Shown here: piece after piece, positions 27,001-36,800 of the stretch
Position numbering within the stretch: the first letter of the stretch is position 1
How the letters are laid out: each line of letters begins with the position of its first letter
Assembly (NCBI GenBank): GCA_965243605.1
Contig: CBDEVQ010000089.1
Coordinates: forward strand, 1,462 to 65,461
Length of the DNA stretch: 64,000 nt
Direction: 5' to 3'
Source: Flavobacteriales bacterium
Lineage (GTDB): Bacteria > Bacteroidota > Bacteroidia > Flavobacteriales > CAJXXR01
Translations under genes and position numbers: made by a program
Notes under the pieces: generated by a model
Told to the model about the DNA's origin: nothing
The model's input: only the letters and a program-made list of their open reading frames with translations
Database searches by the model: none

Positions 27001-30000
27001 GGTTGTATGAATGCTGTCGTTCAGAAACCTTGTTGTTACTATTATCTTTCAGTGTTTCATTATCTGGAAGGCCAACAATATAGTTTACTGGATTGTTAAA
27101 GTACGTCAGGTATTGTGTTCGCTTATCGTTACCAATATCACTAAAGCTACCATCAGCATTTGAATCTACTATCCCATGTTGAACATGTTTCGAGATATTA
27201 CCGTAACTTGAATATTCAAATGATTCAGCCGTATCTACCGAGTTTGAGTTTCCATCAAAGATCTGAGTAGTATTAGATTTGTTTTGAGTAAATCTTGAGC
27301 CTGACCCATTTGGAACAACATTGTAGTTATTTCGTGATCGTGTATAGAGATTATTGTTATCATCGTACACAGATGTTTCGTACACCTTTCCAAGAGTAAA
27401 GTAGCTATCAGCTGGTTCGTTTCCCTGTTCACCATTTCCTTGATGGTATTTAGTAATGACTCTTGATCCGTTAGCTTTTGTTTCTATCACCTCTGCAAAT
27501 CCTGCAAATTTTTTATCATGAGGGTTTCTGTAATAGTAATCGGCTCCTTTATATTCGTAGGTGGTTTCGGTTGTGTTTCCGAGTCCGTCGGATTGGGTCA
27601 TTGACTCAAGGACCTGTACAGGGAATGGGACTTTGTTTGATTGGTCTTGGATTCTGGCATGAGTATAAGTGAAATCTGTTTCAAAATCTTGAGCTTCTAT
27701 TCCGGTTAACAGAGAGCTTTCATTTTCATTTTCATACAAAACATTCATATCATCATAACCCACCATATACCCACTAGGATATCCTGTGAAATGCTTTAGA
27801 AAATCTAACAAACCATCGCCATTAAAGTCTCCAATCAGTGTTCTTCTTCCTTCAAGAGAAATAACTCTATTGTTTGAAAGCGTTGGTAATTCAAAGCTAG
27901 TATCAAGCTGAAAACCACTACCTGTATTTATAAAAATATTATTTCCTTCATCAGAGTTTATTGGAGAATTATTGTACGCATACCTCTTCCAACGAATTAA
28001 GTCAGGCAAACCATCTCCATTTACATCTTGAAACAGTGAACCAAATTCATGCTCAGAAGAATCATTAAAGTGGAATTCAACCACATCTCCATTATATTTT
28101 TCTGGGAAAGTGTAATCAGAAGATTCAATAAATCCTGATCCCGTATTGATATAGAAATTATTACCATATTTACTTTTACCGTATTGATAATAGTGGTATC
28201 CGTTAGCTTCTCCCCTTCTGTACCTTACAATATCAGATAACCCATCACCATTAACGTCGATATTAAATGTTGCGTAATTACTGTTTGAGCCAACAGATTT
28301 TATACCTATCACGTTGTTATTTTGATCAAGTGGAAGTGTGAAATTTGTGTTTAGATTGTAACCTGATCCAGTGTTTTCATACAAAACATTCATATCATCA
28401 TAACCCACCATATACCCACTAGGATATCCTGTGAAATGCTTTAGAAAATCTAACAAACCATCGCCATTAAAGTCTCCAATCAGTGTTCTTCTTCCTTCAA
28501 GAGAAATAACTCTATTGTTTGAAAGCGTTGGTAATTCAAAGCTAGTATCAAGCTGAAAACCACTACCTGTATTTATAAAAATATTATTTCCTTCATCAGA
28601 GTTTATTGGAGAATTATTGTACGCATACCTCTTCCAACGAATTAAGTCAGGCAAACCATCTCCATTTACATCTTGAAACAGTGAACCAAATTCATGCTCA
28701 GAAGAATCATTAAAGTGGAATTCAACCACATCTCCATTATATTTTTCTGGGAAAGTGTAATCAGAAGATTCAATAAATCCTGATCCCGTATTGATATAGA
28801 AATTATTACCATATTTACTTTTACCGTATTGATAATAGTGGTATCCGTTAGCTTCTCCCCTTCTGTACCTTACAATATCAGATAACCCATCACCATTAAC
28901 GTCGATATTAAATGTTGCGTAATTACTGTTTGAGCCAACAGATTTTATACCTATCACGTTGTTATTTTGATCAAGTGGAAGTGTGAAATTTGTGTTTAGA
29001 TTGTAACCTGATCCAGTGTTTTCATAATCAAAAACCACCTCAGGTTTCTCAAAATCCTGCCCATCTTTAAAAGCTTTTTCTTTGATTGAAACAAGAGTGT
29101 TATTTTCAGTCACAAGCTCATAGTGACGAAGAAGATCACCTTGGAATGCTGTTGAAATTGCATTAATTTCAAAAGCAGTAACTACCTTGAAAGCTGATTT
29201 ATATGATGTTGTTTGAGTTTGTTTTTGCGTTTTTTGAAATTGAATTTGAAATAATTCATCACTGTTATATGAAATAACATCAGGATAGATTTGCCCTTGG
29301 TCTTTGCTATATGAATATGAAATACGATCACCGTTTGGGTTTACCTGTTGTGATAACATCCACGTATATATTTGTGTTGAGTCACTTGGATTGTCTTGTC
29401 GTGACAATGTATCTGCACCGAGGATATACTTCACTCCAGACTTGTCTGTTAGCTGCCATACATTATTAACAAGTTCATACTTAATAAATGAACCATTTTC
29501 TGTACGTGGTACATATTTTGTTCCTCCTTGGTGAACAAGCTCTCCATCAAAACTTGAAACAAAGTTGTCATCGGTATAAAGATTATTTGTTCCTGTTTTG
29601 TTTTTTCTGGTGATGTTTGGAATATTGAAAGACCATCCTTTTGAAAGAATGTTGTTTGTGTTTGTGTCACTTGAATTATAGGTCAGTGAGATATTTGGCG
29701 TTAAACCATTACGCCCCTGCGGAGCGTTTATTGGGAAACTATACAAAAGTGAACCTTGGTTTGTAGAGACTTCAGGTTTGAGTTCTATGGTTTTACTTGC
29801 ATCTGATTCTGCATCAGCATTTGAACTCGATGATGCAGATGGTGCTACTGCTGGAGCAAGAGCTTCGTCTTCTGTGGCTTGATCTGATTCAATTTCAGCA
29901 GGATCAGACTGTTGCGCTTGCTCAAATTTTGGAGCCTGTGCTTGACTTGGTGAATCCAAAATTTCTGGAGCCTGAACCTCGTTAATACTCACTTGCTCGA

Positions 30001-30112
30001 CTACTGGTCGCTGATTTCTTTCAACATTTCGTTCGATTTCCGCATGCGCAAATGACGACGTTAAAAAACTCATAATAGTAATAAGGCTAATGATGTATTT
30101 TGTGGTTTTCAT
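24047..30112 (-). CDS. RHS/YD-repeat polymorphic toxin, 2021 aa, with SpvB-like N-region and FG-GAP/VCBS repeats (TcB-TcC-fusion-like architecture)
   Basis: In order along the protein: a signal peptide; the SpvB-type motif LLYSFPINAPQGRNGLTPNISLTYNS..GWSFNIP; DVNGDGLSDIV / DVNGDGLPDLI / DFNGDGLLDF repeats; many YD repeats (YDALARV, YDGLGRR, YDELGRI, YDKQGRL); the core end RYYKGDVGRFISQDPVGL...NNPVRYIDENGEW; and a 185-aa C-terminal domain. Confidence 0.9.
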   Translation of the reverse strand: MKTTKYIISLITIMSFLTSSFAHAEIERNVERNQRPVVEQVSINEVQAPEILDSPSQAQAPKFEQAQQSDPAEIESDQATEDEALAPAVAPSASSSSNADAESDASKTIELKPEVSTNQGSLLYSFPINAPQGRNGLTPNISLTYNSSDTNTNNILSKGWSFNIPNITRKNKTGTNNLYTDDNFVSSFDGELVHQGGTKYVPRTENGSFIKYELVNNVWQLTDKSGVKYILGADTLSRQDNPSDSTQIYTWMLSQQVNPNGDRISYSYSKDQGQIYPDVISYNSDELFQIQFQKTQKQTQTTSYKSAFKVVTAFEINAISTAFQGDLLRHYELVTENNTLVSIKEKAFKDGQDFEKPEVVFDYENTGSGYNLNTNFTLPLDQNNNVIGIKSVGSNSNYATFNIDVNGDGLSDIVRYRRGEANGYHYYQYGKSKYGNNFYINTGSGFIESSDYTFPEKYNGDVVEFHFNDSSEHEFGSLFQDVNGDGLPDLIRWKRYAYNNSPINSDEGNNIFINTGSGFQLDTSFELPTLSNNRVISLEGRRTLIGDFNGDGLLDFLKHFTGYPSGYMVGYDDMNVLYENTGSGYNLNTNFTLPLDQNNNVIGIKSVGSNSNYATFNIDVNGDGLSDIVRYRRGEANGYHYYQYGKSKYGNNFYINTGSGFIESSDYTFPEKYNGDVVEFHFNDSSEHEFGSLFQDVNGDGLPDLIRWKRYAYNNSPINSDEGNNIFINTGSGFQLDTSFELPTLSNNRVISLEGRRTLIGDFNGDGLLDFLKHFTGYPSGYMVGYDDMNVLYENENESSLLTGIEAQDFETDFTYTHARIQDQSNKVPFPVQVLESMTQSDGLGNTTETTYEYKGADYYYRNPHDKKFAGFAEVIETKANGSRVITKYHQGNGEQGNEPADSYFTLGKVYETSVYDDNNNLYTRSRNNYNVVPNGSGSRFTQNKSNTTQIFDGNSNSVDTAESFEYSSYGNISKHVQHGIVDSNADGSFSDIGNDKRTQYLTYFNNPVNYIVGLPDNETLKDNSNNKVSERQHSYNQTGNRIKTSSWISGSDYSTEKFEYNQIGQVIKQIDPLGNVTNIEYDQYHMYPSLVSNSLGHTTQYEYDTAFGKVISTTTENGTQSTNEYDAFGRLIETKQTVADAGVETLQSYQYDDFDFPRVVAQRVHNGVSEDLITHTFIDGLGRTIQTKTGTEGDYRVIDSVYNNQGELERTSLPYHSEDGHFDGFNADSSLYTKFTYDALARVTETENVKGSTQTSYDGFTTEIKDTLGNKKDLITDAFSNLVQVNEYDNDSVYKTFYEYNPLSLLTKITDAEDNIRNISYDGLGRRTKLEDLHKQGDSSFGIWDYTYNDRDLISETNPNGSTTSFTYDELGRILKEDNDSLSGIEKTLSYDSCSFGIGKLCSVQTNDIAKNLSYYKDGKLKTESKTIDSQNFSFNYSYDKQGRLLATTYPNGDNVNYSYSPYSEATSLAHNGNQIANAEYGVHGKATKVNYQNGSQTQYHFDENNLYELKKKISLSNGNELQNISYDYDNVGNILKIERTADNDTKHTQVYSYDDLYRLKETRMYDYAGNDESYSRLYEYSPIGNIMMMSDGTNPINTYVYANAQSNANPHALASLNGQNYSYDNSGNLTSDSTWNHSWNYDNTLRTSTNGGSNSSYSYDESKQRIKLVENGITTLYPSSDYESESGSIKLSLNLGDSYVASVVDGTLEYVYTDHLGGTEITTDQSGAPTKSFVYYPFGDTHTETGNSDESKQYTGYTKDEATDLQYAGARYYKGDVGRFISQDPVGLALGDTNKMKEISKIEPKKYLGDPQSHNVYSYARNNPVRYIDENGEWFKEYATGQQSFNDFTLEIGQAAAQLSDDSQAYDFAISNPGVAGPIVGITAGAFAAPALASGAATLSVLSADAATGIGLKYAFAKGLEGAVLVHSGGQVLPEVGNLFESFGDFQDNEQGSSVDLLKNTAAVFVPELLSRKASTIFDLNESINTAADALLGNLSDSGESDKKIQKQKTNNKVKNNEK
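27729..29026. repeat. Perfect in-frame tandem duplication, 2 x 645 bp (215 codons), inside the RHS gene
   Basis: The offset is 645 nt (for example ACAAAACATT at 27736 and 28381). Spot-checked lines are identical and the two 215-aa segments in the translation are identical. Confidence 0.9.
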
Positions 30113-30190
30113 ATAAAAATACTATACCATCAATACTGAACATAGAGCAAATAGGACTATAAACTCGTTAATTTAGGGAGTCTATAAACA

Positions 30191-30224
30191 AACAACGCTC
30201 ATCATAATTATGGTGAGCGTTGTT
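30191..30224 (-). terminator. Hairpin separating the two RHS loci
   Basis: AACAACGCTCA ... TGAGCGTTGTT with 11-bp arms; T-rich tract follows on the minus strand. Confidence 0.45.
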
Positions 30225-30318
30225 TTCAAATTAACTGAACCAATATTACAAGATTGCAAATCACTCCGTGACTCTTCGTTTACATGCATTCTTGCTAGGG
30301 ATTCCCTAGAACCCTTTC

Positions 30319-30828
30319 CTATTTACAATCACCTTTAACTCTATAAATACAATTCTCACTTAAAAATTCAATAAGAGTATTATTCTCATAACTATCATCA
30401 TCTCGATTCACCATTTTGCCGTAATAGTACTCAAATACCTTATCATGTTTCCTTATATAAAGAGCTTGATGATTATATATCTTACCTGAATCATGCTCTA
30501 ATTTAAATTTAACAAACAACTTATTATCACACTCTTCAACTTCATATTCATCAAAATCATACTGTTCGTGTCCTCTAGTTGCCCATTTCTTAATTGTGTT
30601 GTTAAACAATAATGTTCCTGTTGAAACACTTAAATATATAGAATCACCATTCACATAAAATTCTCTCTGGTCAGCACTTATCAAAAAAATCGAATTATTG
30701 TAACCATAGTAATCTATTTTATTAAACGAATCAGGTATTTTAGATTCACATTTTTCTTTGAAGTTGCATCCCATTGCAATAGCAATCAAAAGTAATACCT
30801 GTCCAACTCTACATATTCCTGTTATCAT
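30319..30828 (-). CDS. Lipoprotein, candidate cognate immunity protein
   Basis: Lipobox IAIAMGC. Starts 11 nt after the stop of the 2857-aa toxin gene. Confidence 0.55.
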   Translation of the reverse strand: MITGICRVGQVLLLIAIAMGCNFKEKCESKIPDSFNKIDYYGYNNSIFLISADQREFYVNGDSIYLSVSTGTLLFNNTIKKWATRGHEQYDFDEYEVEECDNKLFVKFKLEHDSGKIYNHQALYIRKHDKVFEYYYGKMVNRDDDSYENNTLIEFLSENCIYRVKGDCK

Positions 30829-30839
30829 CTATAAATAAT

Positions 30840-33800
30840 TTATGGATTCTTACTATTTTTCTTATTCTTTTGATAATTATCTGTTGAAGTTCCGGTACAA
30901 TTAGGGTCGTAATGCGATTCTAGTTTATCTACTGCCGCTGCATTCTTATTTGGGTCAGAAATATCTTCCATTGTCTTTAAGCCCCTTGTATTCGTTATAT
31001 CATATCCTTGACTAGAGCCTTTACCAGTCAGAACTTTATTTACAAAACCTCCATTTACATTTAAACCAGCATCTTCGATTTCAACATCTTCTTTACTAAG
31101 AGTTCCTTCAGTTTCATTTACATGACCATTTACTCCTGTCGTATGAATTAAACCATGTACTAGTAAATAAGCTCTAAACATATTTACTCCAAGACCTAAA
31201 TTACCAGCTTCAACTTTACTCCCTGAGGCATGAATTCCAACAACATTAACATTCAACCCTGACAATTCTGGATTAGATGAACTCCCCCATGGTAACCTAG
31301 AGCTTAAACCTACCTTTTTCCAATTTTCACCTTGCCATTCTGCGTCCGTTAGATTTGCCTTTATAGCTTCATTAACACTATAAACCTCTCCAATAACGGA
31401 AAAACCATCGTTATCATCTAAATACTTACTAGAAAATGGTTCGCTATCATTAAATACAACCACTTTAGTTGACAATCCAAGATCTGCCAATATTTTATTG
31501 GCATTCTTTGCTATTTCATTTAAATCCGATACAGTTAATTTGGCATCAACTTTTTTAGATAACATCAAATAAATCACATTATCATTTCCATCAGGGTCTA
31601 CAAATAAATTTGGATTATTATATGCAAAATGATATGGTGACTGCTCTGGATAACTTGAAGCATGAGCATCTGGGGTAAACCAACGTCCTAGTCTAGGATC
31701 ATACATTCTAGCTCCAAAATCTATAGAGTTACCAGGTCCTTTATTAACTTCATCATCGTTTTCCATTCCATTAAATCCATATCGATACCCATCTGGTGAT
31801 GTGTATTTACGCCCTGGCATTTGCATTCCAAAAGGTAAATAATCGGTTGCGGTTACTAAACGTGCTTCGGTATCTGATGTTTTAAAATCTGATACGACAG
31901 ACAATACATTCCCTAAATGATTTTTTAATTCATAGCGCTTTAAACCTACGGTTAAACTATTAGAAACATCGTTAATACCATCCAAAGCAATATAATCAAT
32001 ATATTCTATATCCAACTCTGGATAATAAGAAACATCCAAGTCATCAAAATCCAATTGGTCGTTTTGGAAGGCATCTAACAATACAAAACCAGTTCCTAAA
32101 TCTGGTAAACCTGTAATATTTACATTTGCTCCTTGCGGACTAAACTCAAAGGTTGTTTGAGCCGGAACTTGATAATATCCATTAACAAGTTGAGCTGACT
32201 GAGTAAATGCAGTTAGATTACGTACCTCGCGCTGATTTATTTTTAATGGCGTTAAAGAACGTAATTTCATTTTAGCAGGCACTACTTTTGTAAAATTAAG
32301 ATGGATATATTCCTTACTCATCATTTTAATGTCAGACACGCCTGTAGTCCCTAAACGATCTACCAAAGCCGATGATAGCCTAAACACTCCTCCATCTAAA
32401 ATAACATCGTCTACCACAACATTTTGTGCCCAACCAGTAGAACTAGGGTTCCATGTGGTCGATTTTGTTCGTATTGTTTTGTTGTTATTTTCCTGTACTC
32501 CTAATCGGTCGGATCCATACAAAACATGGCTCTTAAGTTTAACCTCTAACAATTCGTTTCCAGAATTATACGCCCACTCATAATGTGCCATTTGGTTTCC
32601 TCTCGCATCTAAAGCATAATATTTATATATCCAATCGGCCGACGAAGTACCTTCTTTAATTATTTTTAAAATACGGTTACCCATGGCGTTATATACAAAT
32701 TCTAGATCAGCACACCCTGCACAGCTGCTGTTATAAATAATTTTATGAACCTTACCTCCTGGTGTCCATATAATTTGATCTATTTTGTTTCCTGGGTCTT
32801 CTATTAAGTTACCAATCGCATCATAATCGTAAGCTAAACTATTTGTTTGATCAAATTCATTATTAATACTTGTAGATGCATTCGTTTCGTTAACCCGGTG
32901 TAAATAATTATTATTATCATCGGTATCTGTTGGCACAGCAGGATCGTTATACTCATATCGTAATGCATCATAGGTTACTCCATCTTGAGATCGGTCTAAC
33001 TCTGTTAAGTTACCCATTTTATCATAAGCATAACGGCTCTCTGCAAATGATTGACTTATGGTATACTCATCAAAGGCATCAGTTTTAAACCCTTGCATTT
33101 GCGTTATACGTTGTAACTGATCATAATGGTAATTATAATATACATGCCTAGGGTCTGTAGATTGGTCCGGAAAATTTATACCTGTATACATTCGGCTTAT
33201 ATTTCCATTAAATAAATTACGACGATCTGCTGATAATATTTGATTTGTAAATCCACCAGGATTCGCACTTTCTGTTATATAATCGCCGTTAAAATAGTCT
33301 AAACTAAAGGCCATAACATCTTGCCCAAACGCAGAGTTACCATTTGTTTGACCATCTCCACCAATATCTTTTATACCTACCTTAGATCCGTTTACTCCTT
33401 TTAACCAACCTTGAAGTGTATAGGCATAATCTAACCCTTGTACACTAGAAGATCCAATTTCTGATCGTTTTAATGGTCCATGAGCATAATAATAATATTT
33501 AGCATCTTCTTTCCATAAATGCCCATTATTACTGGTAAATGCCTTTTTTAATCGATTGTCTTCATCATAGGTATATTTATGATGGAATTGATCTGACTGA
33601 CCAGGTTGAAAGTGAACCTCTAATACATTTCCACTTACCAAATCATATTCATATTCTGTCAACTTAAAATCGTCTCCAAATGCATGATGACTAAACACTT
33701 GAAGCATTTTTTTCACATTTCCATGTACATCATAACTATAAATAGTATGCGATTTAAACCTTTTTAACGGCACTGTACCTGGTGATGGAACCGAAGACAC

Positions 33801-36800
33801 AAATGATAAATAGTTTGAATAACGTGTATATGACACACGCCCACGAAGATTTTGTTGCCCTTGTACTCCTAAATGTTGTTGGTAATAATTTTGGATTTCT
33901 TTATCGTAGATTGTTTCTGAAACATCCTGCCTATCCTGATCATGTACCCAAGTTTTAAATGGATTGGTTCCTCCTGAATATGTCGTATTACTTGGTACAT
34001 TTTCAAACAATGTAACTGTTGACGGCTGAGCCTCACCTGTTTCTACAATACGCCCTAATTGATCATAAATGGTGTAACTAAAATCATTATCTATACGTTG
34101 TTGGGCATTTTGAGAGCATATTACACGTCCTAGTTGATCATATTTATATTTTGTTTTTCCTCCATCTGGAGTTTCTTTCTCTATAAGGTTATTAAGCACA
34201 TTATATTTGTAATGCGTCATTAAGCTGTGGCTTGGATAGGTTGGTTCTGTAACTGTACCTTCTCTAAATGCTTTTACAGCATTTAATTCACCATTTATTT
34301 GGCGAAGCGTATCTACACCTTTAGGCGGTACTGTGGCTATTAAATTACCAGAAGCATCATAATAATATAATGTGTATTGATATTCTTTAAGGTTAATATT
34401 TAGAGTTAGCTTTTCGTTAATATCTAAACATTTGGTTAAATAATTATCCTTATACGTTAAATGCTTTTGGTCTTGAGTTTGGAAATATTCGAGTAAATTA
34501 TTCGTTCTTATTTCCTCGTTTACTTCTTTAATTAAAATAATTTGAGGATCGGTTTCATCATATACTGAACATTCATATAAACTTGTTATATCATGAATAT
34601 TACCACTTCCTCCATAATTATCTACAAAATCTAAATAAGACCCTGTAAAAGTCGATAGAGCATTGTAAGACAATCCTGTATAATCATCTAAAACAACATC
34701 ATACAAATCTTTTGGTTTATATACTCCTTTGTTTACATCACATGTTGATTTCCAATTATCTAATTTATTAATTACCATAGTACTAGCTGATGGTGGTAGA
34801 TTTAAAAGATCGTTAGCAAAATAAAACTCTGATAATTTTGTATTATTTCCAATTCCTGGCATTACAACATCAGTATTATAAGATTTACATGCACATTCGA
34901 TATCTTTAATACGTTTAACCGCATTATTATAACCTATCGCTTCATCGGTAGAACTTCCTTCTAAATTAAAAATATCATTCGGGTTTTCCGTATGAGTAGA
35001 GTAGGTAAAATCTACTAATGCGGTTGACAAAGCAGCATCTGCTTCAGCTTTAGAATAATACAGTGCCCTTTTATTAATACAATAATCATACATTTTATTT
35101 TCTAGAATAGAAAATGGCATATCGCTAGGAATAACCGAAGTAGAGTTACGTTCATCATCCACTAACAGTAAATAGGCTAAATCCGTTCGTCTAGATTTAC
35201 ATATTTTAGCATATTCTACATCCAGATCAACTGCAGCTGTTTCCATCATTTCTTCTAATAACTCTAATAGCTCTTGATTATCTTCTGCATCTTCCATAGC
35301 TTCAAAATAATCAACCACCGGATATCTAAAGGTAAACCCATCATTCCGTTTAATCTGCTTTTCTTTTATTTCGTCCTCATAAAATCGACCATATGAATTA
35401 TCAACATACCCATTGTTAAATGGATCATAGCTCTCATTATATGTAAAATAGGACAATGTACCATCTATATTTTGAATAATACGATTCGCAATACCAGGGA
35501 AACAATACCCATTATTTCCACCTCCAGATGATGTACGCTCTATTTCTATTACAGGATATAAACCTGGAAGATAGTTACAACTTTGTGCATTATTATATCT
35601 GGCATAAATATCATGAGATATTTTAGGCATATAATATAAAGGATAACTAAAGTGAGGGTGCGCATAAAAATGAGGATATGCCGAAGATAATTGATCGTCT
35701 AAAGGGTTATAATTATTGTATTGGTTTGCAAATACAAAATGTGAATTTGGCGTAGATCCTAATTCTTTAAATACAGTATATTGAGCAAAGTTTCTATAAT
35801 TTAAATATATAGATTTAAAAAACTGAAATTTATTAGTCATTGAAATAAGCCCAATTTCTGGATAATGATAAATGGCCATATTTAATGCTTCAATCAGATT
35901 TTGAGAACAGCCTCCTCCATCACAATCATCTATCGCATCTTTAAGCTGAGCTAAAGATGTAAGTGTTGTACTACCAAAGTATGCATCTACTTCACCAATA
36001 TCTAAATTATATTCTAAGAGCTCATAAATGGACATCATATCTGTTGTTCCATCAAATTTTGGAGTAAAATTCATTAAAAATGACCCTACTTTCTCTTTTA
36101 TCCACTCTTTATTACCCGTTAATGATTTAAAATAAGGATCTATCTCATAAGTCTCATCTGGATTATTTGGATCATATGGGATAGCTGGGAGTAAACTTGG
36201 CTGTGGGTAATCCTCAACAAGCAATCCTAATGGATTAAAATATCCTAATGGTATAGCATCTACAGGCTCTAACACATTACTAAACTTATGCTTATAACGA
36301 GCGTTTGGTAAATGGTCAGGCATGTAAATATTCTTATCGTCTTCAATATCTAAACGTAAACCTAAATTCCCAATGTGCGACGGTTTATAACTTAGAGGAC
36401 TTTCATGATTAAACCCTTGAAAATGTATCTCGTGTTCAGTCATTACACTAATTACCTCTTCCATTTGTGGTAAATAGCTTCCTCTACAATTATAAATCAT
36501 AGCTAGAAATTCTGGATGAAATGGTAAAAATATATGTGCAAATTCAGGCCTCCAATTATTTCTAAGATCATCCCAAGTATTAAACTCAAAATACCAAGGG
36601 TCAGAAGTAGACATATCTGTTTGAATCACAAATTGTATATACGGTAATAACCCCGTTTCGCCTATACCTGCATTTTCATGAATTGCATATTTTAGAGAAG
36701 GTGCTTCTCGCTCTCCCATAGTACCATTTTCTAGCCAACCATTCTTTTGGTAATCTGGATTTATTTTCAGGACATCCTCTACATATATATACTGGTCTGG

